Shown here in pieces: positions 40,772-53,761 of a stretch of 58,896 nucleotides of DNA. A program made the translations under genes and the position numbers. Position 1 is the first letter of the stretch; every line of letters starts with the position of its first letter. This DNA comes from Archaeoglobaceae archaeon (GTDB lineage Archaea; Halobacteriota; Archaeoglobi; Archaeoglobales; Archaeoglobaceae): NCBI GenBank assembly GCA_038893835.1, contig JAWAQR010000005.1, forward strand, positions 1 through 58,896, written 5' to 3'. The notes beneath the pieces are model-generated. The model saw nothing but the letters and a program-made list of their open reading frames with translations, was not told the DNA's origin and made no database searches.

Positions 40772-41733
40772 TAAAAATAGCAATCATCGGTTTTGGGACT
40801 GTTGGACAAGGTGTTGCAGAGCTGCTTTTGAGGAAAAAGGAGGAGATAGAAAAGAAGCTTGGGAGATTTAAAGTTGTGGCAATAGCAGATTTGACTGGGT
40901 CAATTTCAGGAGAATTTAAGCTAGAGGATGCAATAGAAAGCAGGAAAAGGGGGAGATTGCCAGAAAATAGAAGTGCTATGGAAGTTGCGAAAGAGGAAGA
41001 TTACGATGTGATGATTGAAGTAACGACAACTAGGCTAGATGAGAGCGGGATTGCTTACATGAAAGTTGCCCTTGAAAGAGGGGCTAATGTTATAACGAGC
41101 AATAAAAGCATCGCAATCGCTTTGCCAGAACTTCTTAGACTAGCAGAAAAAAATAATGCTAGACTTCTCTACGAGGCGACAGTTGGTGGAGCTATGCCAG
41201 TTATAAGGCTACTGAACAGCTATTTGGCCCTTTGCGAAATAGTTAGCTTGAAAGGAATATTGAATGGAACTTGTAATTATATTCTTACAAGAATGGAGGA
41301 GGAAGGGCTTCCGTATGGTCAAGTTTTGAGTGAAGCGCAGGAAATGGGAATCGCTGAAGCGAATCCGGTTGCTGATGTTGAGGGAATAGATGCTGCGATA
41401 AAGCTCGTTATTCTGGCGAACACTATTGGCTACTCAGCAAAGTTTGAGGAAGTTGAAAGGGAAGGAATTACTAAGATAACGCCACAAGCCTTTAAGGTTG
41501 CAATGCAGAAAGGATATACTATAAGGTTGATTGCCGAGGCCAGTAAGAAATGCCTTAGGGTATCTCCAAGGCTTGTACGCATGAATAGTCCACTAGCAAT
41601 AAAGGGTACACTAAATGCTCTCATGATTCATACAGATACTGCGGGGGAGATATTTGTAGCTGGAAGAGGAGCTGGGAAATACGAGACTGCAAGCGCTATT
41701 CTTTCCGATCTATATGAATTATACAGAAGTTGA
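40768..41733 (+). CDS. hom: Homoserine dehydrogenase
   Basis: GFGTVGQG, YEATVGGAMP, GILNGTCNYIL, DVEGIDAA and GRGAG..ETASA motifs. Confidence 0.95.
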   Translation: MIKIAIIGFGTVGQGVAELLLRKKEEIEKKLGRFKVVAIADLTGSISGEFKLEDAIESRKRGRLPENRSAMEVAKEEDYDVMIEVTTTRLDESGIAYMKVALERGANVITSNKSIAIALPELLRLAEKNNARLLYEATVGGAMPVIRLLNSYLALCEIVSLKGILNGTCNYILTRMEEEGLPYGQVLSEAQEMGIAEANPVADVEGIDAAIKLVILANTIGYSAKFEEVEREGITKITPQAFKVAMQKGYTIRLIAEASKKCLRVSPRLVRMNSPLAIKGTLNALMIHTDTAGEIFVAGRGAGKYETASAILSDLYELYRS

Positions 41734-42442
41734 AGTTATAAAGATCTTTCTCGTTTCAATCCTCTTGATCTATGCCTGCTATTACGACGTTAAAAGCAGA
41801 ATTGTGCCCAACAGGGTCTGGAAGTTGATGTTAATCATAAACCTTCCTTTTTTGCTCTATCAAATTTTTACCATATTTACTGAAAATCCTATCTCCTTAA
41901 TATTCCCCGCAATTGGAATCCCCTTCATGATATCCCTTTCCTATTTACTCTACATCATAAAAGCCTTTGGCGGAGCAGATGCGAAGGCATTGATGTGTCT
42001 AGCCATTGTTTTCCCATTTTATCCAGAAATCAGCCCCTTTCTTTTTAATCGTGGGATTGGAATCTTCTCATTTTCTGTCCTCACGAATTCGGTGATCTTC
42101 GCCCCTTTTCTGATGCTCGCAATGCTGTTGAGAAATCTTATCAGAGAGGGCTTTGGGGAATTTTCCAAGAACATCTTTTATTACTTCACCGGCTATAAAA
42201 TTCCTGTAGATAAAATAAGATTTCATAATCTCTTCGAATTCATAGATAAAGAAGGAAGGCTGAAAAGAGTTAAAAGGGCTGTTGAATGGAATGAAGAAAA
42301 GATTCGACTCCTAAAAAAAGCTGGAATTGAAGAAGTCTGGGTAACCCCGGCTTTGCCATTCATGGTCTTCATAACTTTTGGTTATTTCGTTGCGATATTC
42401 TTCGGAGACATCATCGTTGAAATAATGATCAGATTTGTCTAA
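41714..42442 (+). CDS. flaK: Preflagellin/prepilin peptidase (A24B, FlaK/PibD)
   Basis: YDVKSR, FGGADAK and VWVTPALPF motifs. Confidence 0.88.
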   Translation: MNYTEVEVIKIFLVSILLIYACYYDVKSRIVPNRVWKLMLIINLPFLLYQIFTIFTENPISLIFPAIGIPFMISLSYLLYIIKAFGGADAKALMCLAIVFPFYPEISPFLFNRGIGIFSFSVLTNSVIFAPFLMLAMLLRNLIREGFGEFSKNIFYYFTGYKIPVDKIRFHNLFEFIDKEGRLKRVKRAVEWNEEKIRLLKKAGIEEVWVTPALPFMVFITFGYFVAIFFGDIIVEIMIRFV

Positions 42443-44685
42443 TCTTTCAGTTTTCTCAGCTTTTCCAGTATTATTTTCTGCTCAACCCTTGCAACCACTT
42501 CCCTAATCCTGTTCACCATATCCGGATTTGCAGAAATGCTGTCGATACCCATTTCGACCAGTTTTTCAACAACGTGTGGATAACTTCCAGCCTGTCCGCA
42601 GATTGAAGTCTTAACTCCATGCTCTTTGCATATCTTTATTGTCCTCTCTATCAATTTCATGACTGCCGGATGCAATTCATCGTAAAGATAAGCTACATTC
42701 TCGTTGTTTCTATCGACTGCGAGAGTATATTGAGTCAGATCGTTTGTTCCAAGACTGACAAAATCTATACCCTCTTTTATCAGATCCTCTATTATCAAAG
42801 CAGCTGCCGGGGTTTCGACCATTATTCCGAACTCTATCTTTTCCAGTGGAATTCCCTCCTCTTCAGCGATCTTCTTCGCCTTCCTTATTTCTTCTGGAAC
42901 AACAACCAAAGGTAGCATTATACCTATGTTCGTGTATCCTTCATCGATCAATTTCTTTATCGCCCTCATTTCAGCTCTAAAGTGCATCTCTTCAGCTAAA
43001 TCTCTCCTTATTCCCCTAAATCCTAGCATCGGGTTTGCTTCTATTGGCTCATTCTCTCCACCTTCCATTGCCCTGAATTCATCCGTTGGAGCATCCAGTG
43101 TTCTTATCCAGACAGGTTTTGGATAGAAAGCTTTAACAACTTTTTTCATTTCATTATAAAGAAGTTCGATGTACTTCTCCATCTCTCCATCCCTTATATA
43201 CTTCATCGGATGTTTCTCGAAGGAAAGGATCATGTGCTCTATCCTGAAAAGTCCAACTCCATCAGCGTTAGTTTCTCTAGCAACTTTCTCTGCCATGTCC
43301 GGCAAAGATAGATTCACCTTTATCTCCGTCGCCGTTATTATGGGTGCTGCGGCAAATCTAATTTCCTCTTTCTCCCTTTTTGCTTCAACCTTACCCAGAT
43401 AAACTATCCCTCTCTCACCATCCACAGTTACGAGCATTCCATCTTTCAAAACCTTGGTTGCTTTCTTTGTCCCAACAACTGCTGGAACACCAAGTTCTCT
43501 GGAAACGATTGCAGCATGACAAGTCATTCCACCCTCATCTGTAACTATTGCACTCGCTCTTTTCATCGCAGGAACCATGTCAGGAGTTGTCATAACAGCT
43601 ACCAGCACATCTCCATCCTTCACTTTCGCTATATCCTCCAAACCACTCACTATTTTCACGTAACCACTCGCAATTCCCGGAGAGGCTCCCAGACCTTTTA
43701 TCAATATCTTTCCAACTTCTACAACTTCCTCCTCTTCCCTTTTTTCTTTTATCGTTGTTATCGGTCTTGACTGCACGATGTAGATTTCACCATTTTCAAT
43801 TGCCCATTCGATGTCTTGTGGTTTTCCATAGTGCTCTTCTATCAGTTCTCCAATATTTACAAGTTTCTCGATTTCTTCTTCAGATAAAACTCTCTCTTTC
43901 CCCTTTTCTCCTAGCTCAACTTTTTCATTTCCATTCTTTCTAACTATCATGAACTTTTTCTCCGAAACCTTTACATCTACCAGTTTCCTAGCAACTCTAT
44001 CGTAGACATAGGTGTCAGGGGTAACGAGTCCGGAAACTATTGCTTCTCCCAAGCCAAAGACCGCTTCGATTATGCAGACCTTTTCTCCTGTAATTGGGTG
44101 AGATGTGAACATCACACCACTCTTTTCGCTGTTCACCATCTTTTGAACGACAACTGCTATGCTAACATCCTCATGCCTGAATCCCTTTTGAACTCGATAA
44201 TATATGGCCCTAGGTGTAAAAAGACTCCCCCAACAAGCTTTTACTTTTTCAACAACGAGATCTTCTCCCTTAACGTTGAGATAAGTATCCTGCTGCCCTG
44301 CAAAGCTGGCATCTGGTAAATCTTCGGCAGTTGCAGAACTTCTAATTGCAACAAAGATCTCCTTTCCACCTCCTAACTCCCTGTAAGCTCTTCTTATTCC
44401 CATCTCTATGTCCTCTGGCATTTTTGTTTCCTGTATCATTTTTCTTATTTCTTCGGAAACCTTATTTAGCTCTTCAGTATTCTCCACGTTTAGATTGCGG
44501 AGTTTTGAATAAATTACATCCTTTAAATTTGCTCTATTGATAAAATCTTTGAATGTTCTTGCATCAACAACAAAACCGTCTGGTACTGGAATTTCGATTC
44601 TCATTAGCTCTCCAAGACTTGCAGCCTTGCCTCCAACCACTGGTATATCATTTTTATCCACGTCGCTCAGCCAAACGATGGGCAT
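42439..44685 (-). CDS. ppsA: Phosphoenolpyruvate synthase
   Basis: GGKAASLGEL, RSSATAEDLPDASFAGQQ, GGMTCHAAIVSRE and GTNDLTQY motifs; start moved to ATG 44685. Confidence 0.96.
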   Translation of the reverse strand: MPIVWLSDVDKNDIPVVGGKAASLGELMRIEIPVPDGFVVDARTFKDFINRANLKDVIYSKLRNLNVENTEELNKVSEEIRKMIQETKMPEDIEMGIRRAYRELGGGKEIFVAIRSSATAEDLPDASFAGQQDTYLNVKGEDLVVEKVKACWGSLFTPRAIYYRVQKGFRHEDVSIAVVVQKMVNSEKSGVMFTSHPITGEKVCIIEAVFGLGEAIVSGLVTPDTYVYDRVARKLVDVKVSEKKFMIVRKNGNEKVELGEKGKERVLSEEEIEKLVNIGELIEEHYGKPQDIEWAIENGEIYIVQSRPITTIKEKREEEEVVEVGKILIKGLGASPGIASGYVKIVSGLEDIAKVKDGDVLVAVMTTPDMVPAMKRASAIVTDEGGMTCHAAIVSRELGVPAVVGTKKATKVLKDGMLVTVDGERGIVYLGKVEAKREKEEIRFAAAPIITATEIKVNLSLPDMAEKVARETNADGVGLFRIEHMILSFEKHPMKYIRDGEMEKYIELLYNEMKKVVKAFYPKPVWIRTLDAPTDEFRAMEGGENEPIEANPMLGFRGIRRDLAEEMHFRAEMRAIKKLIDEGYTNIGIMLPLVVVPEEIRKAKKIAEEEGIPLEKIEFGIMVETPAAALIIEDLIKEGIDFVSLGTNDLTQYTLAVDRNNENVAYLYDELHPAVMKLIERTIKICKEHGVKTSICGQAGSYPHVVEKLVEMGIDSISANPDMVNRIREVVARVEQKIILEKLRKLKD

Positions 44686-44776
44686 CGGATCACCTAAGTT
44701 TAATAGTTTTTCAGATAAAAAAGTTTTGGAGACCAAAATTTATTTTAAATGAAGGGAGAATCTTCTTGGTGATCAA

Positions 44777-47014
44777 ATGATTCTGACGAAGACTGCGGAG
44801 ACTGTGCTTAAAAAGAGATATTTACTCAAGAATGAAAAAGGTGAGACGATTGAAACTCCAGAACAGATGTTTTGGAGAGTTGCAAAAGCTATTGCAGCAG
44901 CTGAAGAAAAATATGGTAACAATCCAGATTTCTGGGCCAAGAAATTCTTCGAAATAATGTGGAATCAGGAATTCATGCCAAATTCACCAACTTTGATGAA
45001 CGCTGGAACCCCTCTTGGGCAACTATCAGCATGCTTCGTAATTCCAGTTGAGGATAGCATCGATGGGATTTTTAAGGCACTTTGGGACATGGCGAGAGTT
45101 CAGAAAAGCGGTGGAGGGACCGGTTTCAGCTTCTCTAGATTAAGACCAAAGGGAGATATAGTGAAGTCTACAATGGGTGTTGCCAGCGGTCCAGTTAGTT
45201 TCATGAAGATATTCGATGCAGCAACTGAACAAATAAAACAAGGAGGTAAAAGAAGAGGAGCCAACATGGGAATCCTACGCTGCGATCATCCGGATATTGA
45301 AGAATTTATAAAAGCCAAATGGGAGGAAGGAGCTCTTAGAAACTTTAACATAAGTGTCGCTGTGACGGATAAATTTATGGAGGCAGTGAAGAAAGATGAG
45401 GAATACGAGCTGATAAATCCGCGAACGAAAGAGGTGGTTAAAAAAGTTTCGGCAAGGAAGATCTTTAATTTAATAGTTGAGGGGGCTTGGAGAAATGGTG
45501 AACCGGGCATAGTTTTCATAGATGAAATAAATAGACACAATCCTACTCCGCACGTCGGAGAAATAGAGGCTACAAATCCCTGTGGAGAGCAGCCTTTGCT
45601 ACCCTATGAATCCTGCAATCTCGGAAGTATAAATCTGGCCAAGTTTGTCAAGGGAAAAGATTTTGATTGGGATAAGCTTAGAGAAGTGGTCTGGATTGCT
45701 ACAAGGTTTTTAGACGATGTAATCGACGTTAACGAGTATCCTCTTCCAGAAATTGAGGAAATGACAAAAGCTAACAGAAAAATTGGTCTTGGCGTTATGG
45801 GCTGGGCAGATTCGCTTTTCTTACTTGGGATTCCATATGACAGCGAGGATGCGCTGAAAATGGCTGAGAGAGTTATGAGTTTCATTCAAGAAGAATCCCA
45901 CAAAGCATCCCAAGCTTTGGCAGAGGAGAGAGGGGTTTTCCCGAACTGGAAGGGATCGGTTTGGGAGAAGAGAGGGATCAAGATCAGGAATGCAACGACA
46001 ACAACAATAGCTCCAACAGGGACTATAAGTATAATAGCGAATTGCAGCAGCGGAATCGAGCCAGTTTTTGCTTTGGCTTATAAAAGAGCGAACATACTAG
46101 ATGGAGAAGAATTCTTTGAAGTTAATCCCGTTTTTGAGAGAGTTCTTAAGGAAAGAAGGTTATACAGTGAAGAATTGATTGCCAAAGTTGCGGAAACTGG
46201 AAGCATTCAGAATCTAGATTTGCCTGCAGATATGAAGAGAGTTTTCAAGACAGCTTTGGAAATAGCTCCAGAATGGCATGTGAGAATGCAGGCGGCCTTT
46301 CAAAAGTATACGGACAACGCTGTTAGCAAGACGATCAACTTACCAAACTCTGCTACAAGAGCTGATGTTGAAAGAGCTTTTATGCTCGCCTATGAGCTGA
46401 AATGTAAGGGCATAACTGTTTACAGAGATGGAAGTAGGGAAGAGCAGGTTTTAATGACGAAGAAGACGGAAAAAGAAAAAGAGAAGCCAAGAAGACCAGC
46501 TAAATACATTGAACCACGTCCAAGGCCAAGAGTTACGGTCGGAAGGACTATAGAAACAAAGACTGGCTGCGGATCCCTTTATGTTACCATAAATGAGGAT
46601 AACGAAGGGATAGCGGAAGTTTTTGTTCAGCTTGGCAAAAGCGGAGGATGTGCAGCATCGCAAACTGAAGCCATAGGAAGACTTTTGAGCATTGCACTTC
46701 GAAGCTGGGTGAATCCAGAAGTTCTTGTGAAACAGCTTAAAGGTATAAGATGTCCCAGTGTGGGCTTTGACAGCGGAGAAATAATAACTAGCTGCGCAGA
46801 TGGGGTTGCAAAGGTTTTAGAGAAATGGCTGAAGGGAGAATATAGAAAAATAAGGTTTGAGGTTGAAGGAATAAAGCCTTTGACAGAATTCACGAGCGAG
46901 AAGGAAGAGTCGAGCAAGATGATAGGAGGAGTATGTCCAGAATGCGGAAATGTGCTAGAATACGGGGAAGGATGCGCAACTTGCAAGTTCTGCGGTTTCA
47001 CAAAGTGCATTTAA
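44777..47014 (+). CDS. nrdJ: Class II (adenosylcobalamin-dependent) ribonucleotide reductase with C-terminal TSCPD/Zn-ribbon domain
   Basis: PNSPTLMNAG, LSACF, TNPCGEQPL, TIAPTGT, AVSKTIN, TSCAD and CPECG...CKFCGFTKC motifs. Confidence 0.93.
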   Translation: MILTKTAETVLKKRYLLKNEKGETIETPEQMFWRVAKAIAAAEEKYGNNPDFWAKKFFEIMWNQEFMPNSPTLMNAGTPLGQLSACFVIPVEDSIDGIFKALWDMARVQKSGGGTGFSFSRLRPKGDIVKSTMGVASGPVSFMKIFDAATEQIKQGGKRRGANMGILRCDHPDIEEFIKAKWEEGALRNFNISVAVTDKFMEAVKKDEEYELINPRTKEVVKKVSARKIFNLIVEGAWRNGEPGIVFIDEINRHNPTPHVGEIEATNPCGEQPLLPYESCNLGSINLAKFVKGKDFDWDKLREVVWIATRFLDDVIDVNEYPLPEIEEMTKANRKIGLGVMGWADSLFLLGIPYDSEDALKMAERVMSFIQEESHKASQALAEERGVFPNWKGSVWEKRGIKIRNATTTTIAPTGTISIIANCSSGIEPVFALAYKRANILDGEEFFEVNPVFERVLKERRLYSEELIAKVAETGSIQNLDLPADMKRVFKTALEIAPEWHVRMQAAFQKYTDNAVSKTINLPNSATRADVERAFMLAYELKCKGITVYRDGSREEQVLMTKKTEKEKEKPRRPAKYIEPRPRPRVTVGRTIETKTGCGSLYVTINEDNEGIAEVFVQLGKSGGCAASQTEAIGRLLSIALRSWVNPEVLVKQLKGIRCPSVGFDSGEIITSCADGVAKVLEKWLKGEYRKIRFEVEGIKPLTEFTSEKEESSKMIGGVCPECGNVLEYGEGCATCKFCGFTKCI

Positions 47015-47481
47015 TCTTCTATTTTTTTCAAAAACCTCACCATATTCCTCCAATGTCCCCCCATCCAGTAAAGCTTTCTACATTTTTCGCAAAACCAGAG
47101 TTCGTATTTCTCTAGCATATCTTCCTTTAATCCCATTTCCCTTAAAACATCCATTGCCTCTTCTTTACTTGGTTTTCTGAGCAAATTGTTGCAAACGCTG
47201 CATCTATCCATCACGATCTGGAATTTGACTCCAAGGGATTTCAATTCTCTCATTTGCTCCAAAACTTTGTTCGACTTTATTAGAAAAGCCCTTCTCCCGA
47301 TTTTTTGACATTTTATATACAAGACCCTATCTTTTGTAAGCAGAATCCTATCAAGATGATTTTTGAGTAAAAATTCATCTTCTCCATCGATTTCAAAATT
47401 TCCAATGTAAAGCGTGTCATATCCCGAAATTCTGAGCCATATTGCGAGTTTTCCCAGCATTCTATCGCATATGAACTTCAT
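47011..47481 (-). CDS. Mut7-C RNase-domain (PIN-like, DUF82) protein
   Basis: FICDRMLGKLAIWLRISGYDT, LLTKD, RCSVCN and CEKCRKLYWMGGHW motifs. Confidence 0.88.
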   Translation of the reverse strand: MKFICDRMLGKLAIWLRISGYDTLYIGNFEIDGEDEFLLKNHLDRILLTKDRVLYIKCQKIGRRAFLIKSNKVLEQMRELKSLGVKFQIVMDRCSVCNNLLRKPSKEEAMDVLREMGLKEDMLEKYELWFCEKCRKLYWMGGHWRNMVRFLKKIED

Positions 47482-47963
47482 TTCCACCATCTCGGATCTC
47501 TCCTTTTCATAAGCTCATCATAAATTTTTCTTGCAATTTCTGTTTCGAATTCAAGTCTTTCTGCAAAATCTATTGCGAATTTGTTCATCGTTGAGTACTC
47601 CACAGCTTGAAATGCCAGTTCCAGTTTATCCGCATCCCTTACAAATTTTTCAACGTCCGAAAAATCCATTTCAAAGTTTATCTGTTCATTTTTGATCTTT
47701 TCCTCATCCACTTTCACGTATCTTTTTGCAACTCTATGCAAATCCATCGTTCTCGCTTCATGTAAATCGTGGATCAGAGCGTAAAATGCTGATTTCAGAG
47801 CTTTTTCTATTCCTAGATCTCTTGCGAGTAGAAATGCTATTATCGCAGTTCTAAAACAATGCTCGGCTACACTTTCAGGATTTTTTATTCCAATCTTTAG
47901 CCATCCAGATCTTGGAATCATCTTCAGCGTTCCAACCTCGTGTATGAACTTCACGAGATCCAT
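47478..47963 (-). CDS. HD-domain hydrolase (YfbR/HDDC2 5'-deoxynucleotidase family)
   Basis: LKMIPRSGW, ESVAEH, IHDLHE and DADKLE motifs. Confidence 0.87.
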   Translation of the reverse strand: MDLVKFIHEVGTLKMIPRSGWLKIGIKNPESVAEHCFRTAIIAFLLARDLGIEKALKSAFYALIHDLHEARTMDLHRVAKRYVKVDEEKIKNEQINFEMDFSDVEKFVRDADKLELAFQAVEYSTMNKFAIDFAERLEFETEIARKIYDELMKRRDPRWWK

Positions 47964-47995
47964 ACAGCTTAATAATTTCGCGTAGGATAAAACTT

Positions 47996-48535
47996 ATGAA
48001 AAAATGGAGAATCGCTGGGATAGATGACAGCTTTAAAGATGATTTCTGCTGCCTCGTCTGCTGTGTTATGAGTGGAAGGGATGTTGAAGGTTTCATGTAT
48101 GAGGAAATCTCCGTTGACGGTCTAGATTCTACTGAGAAAATTGTCAGAATGCTTAGAAAATCGAAGTTTTATAGGCAGCTAAAGGTTGTATTCCTCAATG
48201 GTATAACCTTTGGTGGATTCAATTTGGTTGACATCGAGGAATTGAATGAAAAAACGGGAATTCCTGTCGTTGTAGTCATGAACAGGATGCCCAACATGAG
48301 CGAGTTTGAAAATGCTTTGAAAAATTTTGATGATTATGAGAGAAGATTGGAAATAGTTAGAAAGGCTGGGGAAATCAAGGAAGCTGGAAATCTCTACATT
48401 CAGCTCCGTGGTTTGAGCTATGATGAGGCTTTGAGCTTAATAAAGATGAACACTTTTAAGGGGAAAACTCCCGAAACTCTTCGCCTAGCTCATCTCGTCG
48501 CTTCTGCAATTGTTCATGGAGAGTCAAAGGGATGA
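47996..48535 (+). CDS. DUF99 family protein (endonuclease V-like fold)
   Basis: [23 protein letters not shown] and [12 protein letters not shown] motifs. Confidence 0.87.
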   Translation: MKKWRIAGIDDSFKDDFCCLVCCVMSGRDVEGFMYEEISVDGLDSTEKIVRMLRKSKFYRQLKVVFLNGITFGGFNLVDIEELNEKTGIPVVVVMNRMPNMSEFENALKNFDDYERRLEIVRKAGEIKEAGNLYIQLRGLSYDEALSLIKMNTFKGKTPETLRLAHLVASAIVHGESKG

Positions 48536-48584
48536 TTTGACAAAATCGCGAGAAAGTTTATCTTTTTTACTTCAAACTGCTTAT

Positions 48585-50642
48585 GTGAATATTGAGGAGC
48601 TTGCGGATAAGATATCATCCTATGCAGTGGAAGTGCTGAAAGAAAGTGGAATCAGAGAACTATTTCCTCCACAAATAGAGGCTTTGCCTTATATTTTCAG
48701 AAGAGAGAATTTAATCTTGGCATTTCCTACAGCTGCAGGAAAAACACTTGTTGCTGAAATTGCAATGATAAGCGAAATTCTTCGCGGTGGAAGGTGTCTT
48801 TACATAACTCCGCTTAGGGCTTTGGCAAGTGAAAAGTTTGAAAATTTCAAGAAGTGGGAGAAAATTGGAGTTCAGATTGGAATTTCAACCGGGGATTATG
48901 AATCGGTGGAAGAACACTTGGCGGATTCGGATATAGTCGTTACAACTGCAGAAAAAGCGGATTCGTTGCTGAGAAACAGGGCTTTTTGGATAAGATATGT
49001 GACATGCCTAGTGATCGATGAGATACACATGCTCGATTCTGAAGATCGTGGACACTTGCTTGAGGTTTTTATAACAAAGATGAGGAGATTAAAGCCAGAC
49101 ATCTGGATTCTTGGTTTATCTGCGACAGCACCAAATGTATCAGAAATTGCCGATTGGCTAGGAGCAAGTTTTGTTCAAAGCGATTGGAGACCAGTTCCAC
49201 TTTTTTATGGAGTTTTTTGCGAAAACGTTTTGGAATTGTTTAAGGATGGAAAAGTGGAAAAAAAGAGAACTAGCTTTGAAAACTTAATTAGAGAATGTGT
49301 GGAAAGAGATGAGGGAGTTTTGATATTTGAATCAACGAGAAAGAGTGCAGAATCACTTGCTTTGAAACTTTCAGAAATTTCCCGTGAATATTGCGATTGT
49401 AAGGATCTAGCTGAGGAAATACTGGAGGAAAATGATGGCGAGATGAGTAGAAAACTCGCCGAATGCGTTAGAAAGGGGAGTGCATTTCATCATGCAGGTC
49501 TTCTTAATGGGCAGAGGAAAATAGTGGAGAAAGCTTTTAGGGATGGAAGAATAAAAATCCTTGTTGCAACACCAACTTTGGCAGCAGGTGTAAATTTACC
49601 GGCGCGAAGGGTTATAGTGAAGAGCTTATATCGTTATGATGGCTATTCAAGGAAGATAAAGGTGTCTGAATTCAAACAGATGGCCGGTAGAGCAGGAAGA
49701 CCGGGAATGGATGTGATTGGAGAAGCAATAGTAGTTGTTGGTAGAAAAGACAGAGAGATTGCGATTGAGAAGTACATAAAAGGAGAACCGGAAAGAATAA
49801 TCTCAAAACTCGGTGTGGAAACGAAGCTTCGATTTCACTGCTTATCCTTAATCTGTGACGGCTATTCAAATATTGAAGATATTATGGCTTTTTTTAACGA
49901 AACTCTTTTTGCAAAACAAAACGAACTCCTAGCTTTTGAAGTTGAAAAAGTTATAAGACAGCTTGAAAAATGGGAAATGGTGAAAATAGAGGAGAAGATA
50001 ATACCTACAAAACTTGGATTTTTAGTCTCTAAGCTATATATTGATCCACTCACAGGTTTCATTTTCTACGATTGTGCAAGGAATTTTGATGAGCTGAGCG
50101 AAATAGCGATGCTTCACGTTCTTTGCAGAACTCCCAACATGGAAAAGATTGGAGTTAAAAGGAGTGACGAATGGATTGAGGATCTTGCATTTAAGCATAG
50201 AAAAGAGCTCACATACTTTCCTTCACAGTACTCAATAGATTATGACTGGTTCCTAATGGAATTCAAGACGGCTCTCTGCCTTAGAGACTGGATAAACGAG
50301 GTTGATGAAAATCTGATATGTGAGAAGTTTTCAATTGCTCCTGGAGATTTGCGAAGAATTTGTGAGACTGCAGAATGGCTTGCACATGCTTTTGCGAGAA
50401 TTGCAAATGAAATCGGAAAGAAATTTCCAAATCTGGAAAAAAGAATTCGATATGGTGTAAAAGAAGAACTTTTGGACCTCGTTTCGATAAGGAACATAGG
50501 TAGAGTTAGAGCGAGGAAGCTTTTTAATGCCGGAATAAAGAATAAGGAAGATATAATTGCAAATCCGAGTAAGGTTGCAAGATTAATAGGAGAGAAAATA
50601 GCTGAAAAGATTTTAAGGGAAATAAATTCCCTCAAGCCTTAA
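48585..50642 (+). CDS. hel308: ATP-dependent DNA helicase Hel308
   Basis: [29 protein letters not shown] and [10 protein letters not shown] motifs. Start moved to GTG 48585 by analogy with the Archaeoglobus Hel308 N-terminus. Confidence 0.93.
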   Translation: MNIEELADKISSYAVEVLKESGIRELFPPQIEALPYIFRRENLILAFPTAAGKTLVAEIAMISEILRGGRCLYITPLRALASEKFENFKKWEKIGVQIGISTGDYESVEEHLADSDIVVTTAEKADSLLRNRAFWIRYVTCLVIDEIHMLDSEDRGHLLEVFITKMRRLKPDIWILGLSATAPNVSEIADWLGASFVQSDWRPVPLFYGVFCENVLELFKDGKVEKKRTSFENLIRECVERDEGVLIFESTRKSAESLALKLSEISREYCDCKDLAEEILEENDGEMSRKLAECVRKGSAFHHAGLLNGQRKIVEKAFRDGRIKILVATPTLAAGVNLPARRVIVKSLYRYDGYSRKIKVSEFKQMAGRAGRPGMDVIGEAIVVVGRKDREIAIEKYIKGEPERIISKLGVETKLRFHCLSLICDGYSNIEDIMAFFNETLFAKQNELLAFEVEKVIRQLEKWEMVKIEEKIIPTKLGFLVSKLYIDPLTGFIFYDCARNFDELSEIAMLHVLCRTPNMEKIGVKRSDEWIEDLAFKHRKELTYFPSQYSIDYDWFLMEFKTALCLRDWINEVDENLICEKFSIAPGDLRRICETAEWLAHAFARIANEIGKKFPNLEKRIRYGVKEELLDLVSIRNIGRVRARKLFNAGIKNKEDIIANPSKVARLIGEKIAEKILREINSLKP

Positions 50643-51047
50643 AAGGGCCCTCTTGATTTCCACTCCCCAGGAATAACCACCAATACCCTTTTTTGAAACA
50701 ACCCTGTGACATGGAATGAGAACAGCGATTGGATTTCTTTTTAAAGCCTGACCTACCGCTCTCGGAGAACTTCCGAGCTCTTTTGCAAGCTCCCCATATG
50801 TAATGGTTTTCCCATAGGGTATTTTCAAAATCCTTTTAAGAACTTTCAAAGCGAAAAAGGGTAGATTTAATTCAAATTCGAATTCAAAGTCAACTTTTTC
50901 TCCCATAAAGTACTCTTCAAGTCTTTTTGAAAGCTCGCATTTTTTAAAACCAAAAACTCGATTTTTTGAGAAAAAAGCTCTTTTAACTTTTTCTTCACAT
51001 TCAACGTTGAAGTATATGTCTCCCCAACGAACAGAGAAACCTTCCAA
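50613..51047 (-). CDS. ogt: Methylated-DNA-protein-cysteine methyltransferase
   Basis: IPYG..TYGELA, RAVG and IPCHRVV motifs. Confidence 0.94.
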   Translation of the reverse strand: MEGFSVRWGDIYFNVECEEKVKRAFFSKNRVFGFKKCELSKRLEEYFMGEKVDFEFEFELNLPFFALKVLKRILKIPYGKTITYGELAKELGSSPRAVGQALKRNPIAVLIPCHRVVSKKGIGGYSWGVEIKRALLRLEGIYFP

Positions 51048-51048
51048 T

Positions 51049-53093
<2,045 letters not shown>

Positions 53094-53146
53094 CAGCCTA
53101 AAATGACTGCATTGGTATATCAATATTTCCACGAAATCCAAGTGTA

Positions 53147-53761
53147 TTAGATGAGAAAGTCCTCAAGTCTTCTTTGTCTCAATTTATCTAGGGTCTTCCA
53201 TTTTTTTCGAACAAATGAAGGAAATTCCTTCTGTTTCTTCAAAAATTCTATGGTTTTTGGATCGCTTGCATAACCACTGCCAAAATCACCGACTTCCATT
53301 TTTAGCCTCTCTATTTCCCTTTCCCTTTCAACCTTTGCTATTATGGATGCTGAGGAAACGATCGGATACCTTTCATCAGCTCCATGCTCTGCTATAACTT
53401 CAACACCGGTTACAGATTTTAGATAACTAGCTAGCCTTTCTGGCTTAACATCTGGACTATCTAAAAATACTATCGATGGCTTCAACCTCTTTATAATAGC
53501 CTCATATCCATCCTTTAATATCTCATTTAACGTCCTTCTCTCCATTAGCTCATTAAGCTCTTCAGCACTTATTTTTAATACCTCAACCTTTGCCACAGCC
53601 ACTATTTTTTCAGCAAGTTCCTCCCTTTTCTTCTTGCTCAACTTCTTTGAATCCCTTACACCAATTTTCCTAAGATAATCCTCACAATCACATGCAACCC
53701 CAGCGATGACTAGTGGGCCAATAACACACCCCTTTCCAGCTTCATCGATGCCTGCAATCAT
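53147..53761 (-). CDS. rnhB: Ribonuclease HII
   Basis: GIDEAGKG, DSKKL, SIIAKVER and GSGYASDP motifs; C-terminal PIP box QRRLEDFL. Confidence 0.95.
   Translation of the reverse strand: MIAGIDEAGKGCVIGPLVIAGVACDCEDYLRKIGVRDSKKLSKKKREELAEKIVAVAKVEVLKISAEELNELMERRTLNEILKDGYEAIIKRLKPSIVFLDSPDVKPERLASYLKSVTGVEVIAEHGADERYPIVSSASIIAKVEREREIERLKMEVGDFGSGYASDPKTIEFLKKQKEFPSFVRKKWKTLDKLRQRRLEDFLI

Noticed and set aside
44777-47014. Intein in nrdJ (or in hel308)
   Set aside because: Lengths are normal, catalytic motifs are contiguous and no intein terminal motifs were seen.
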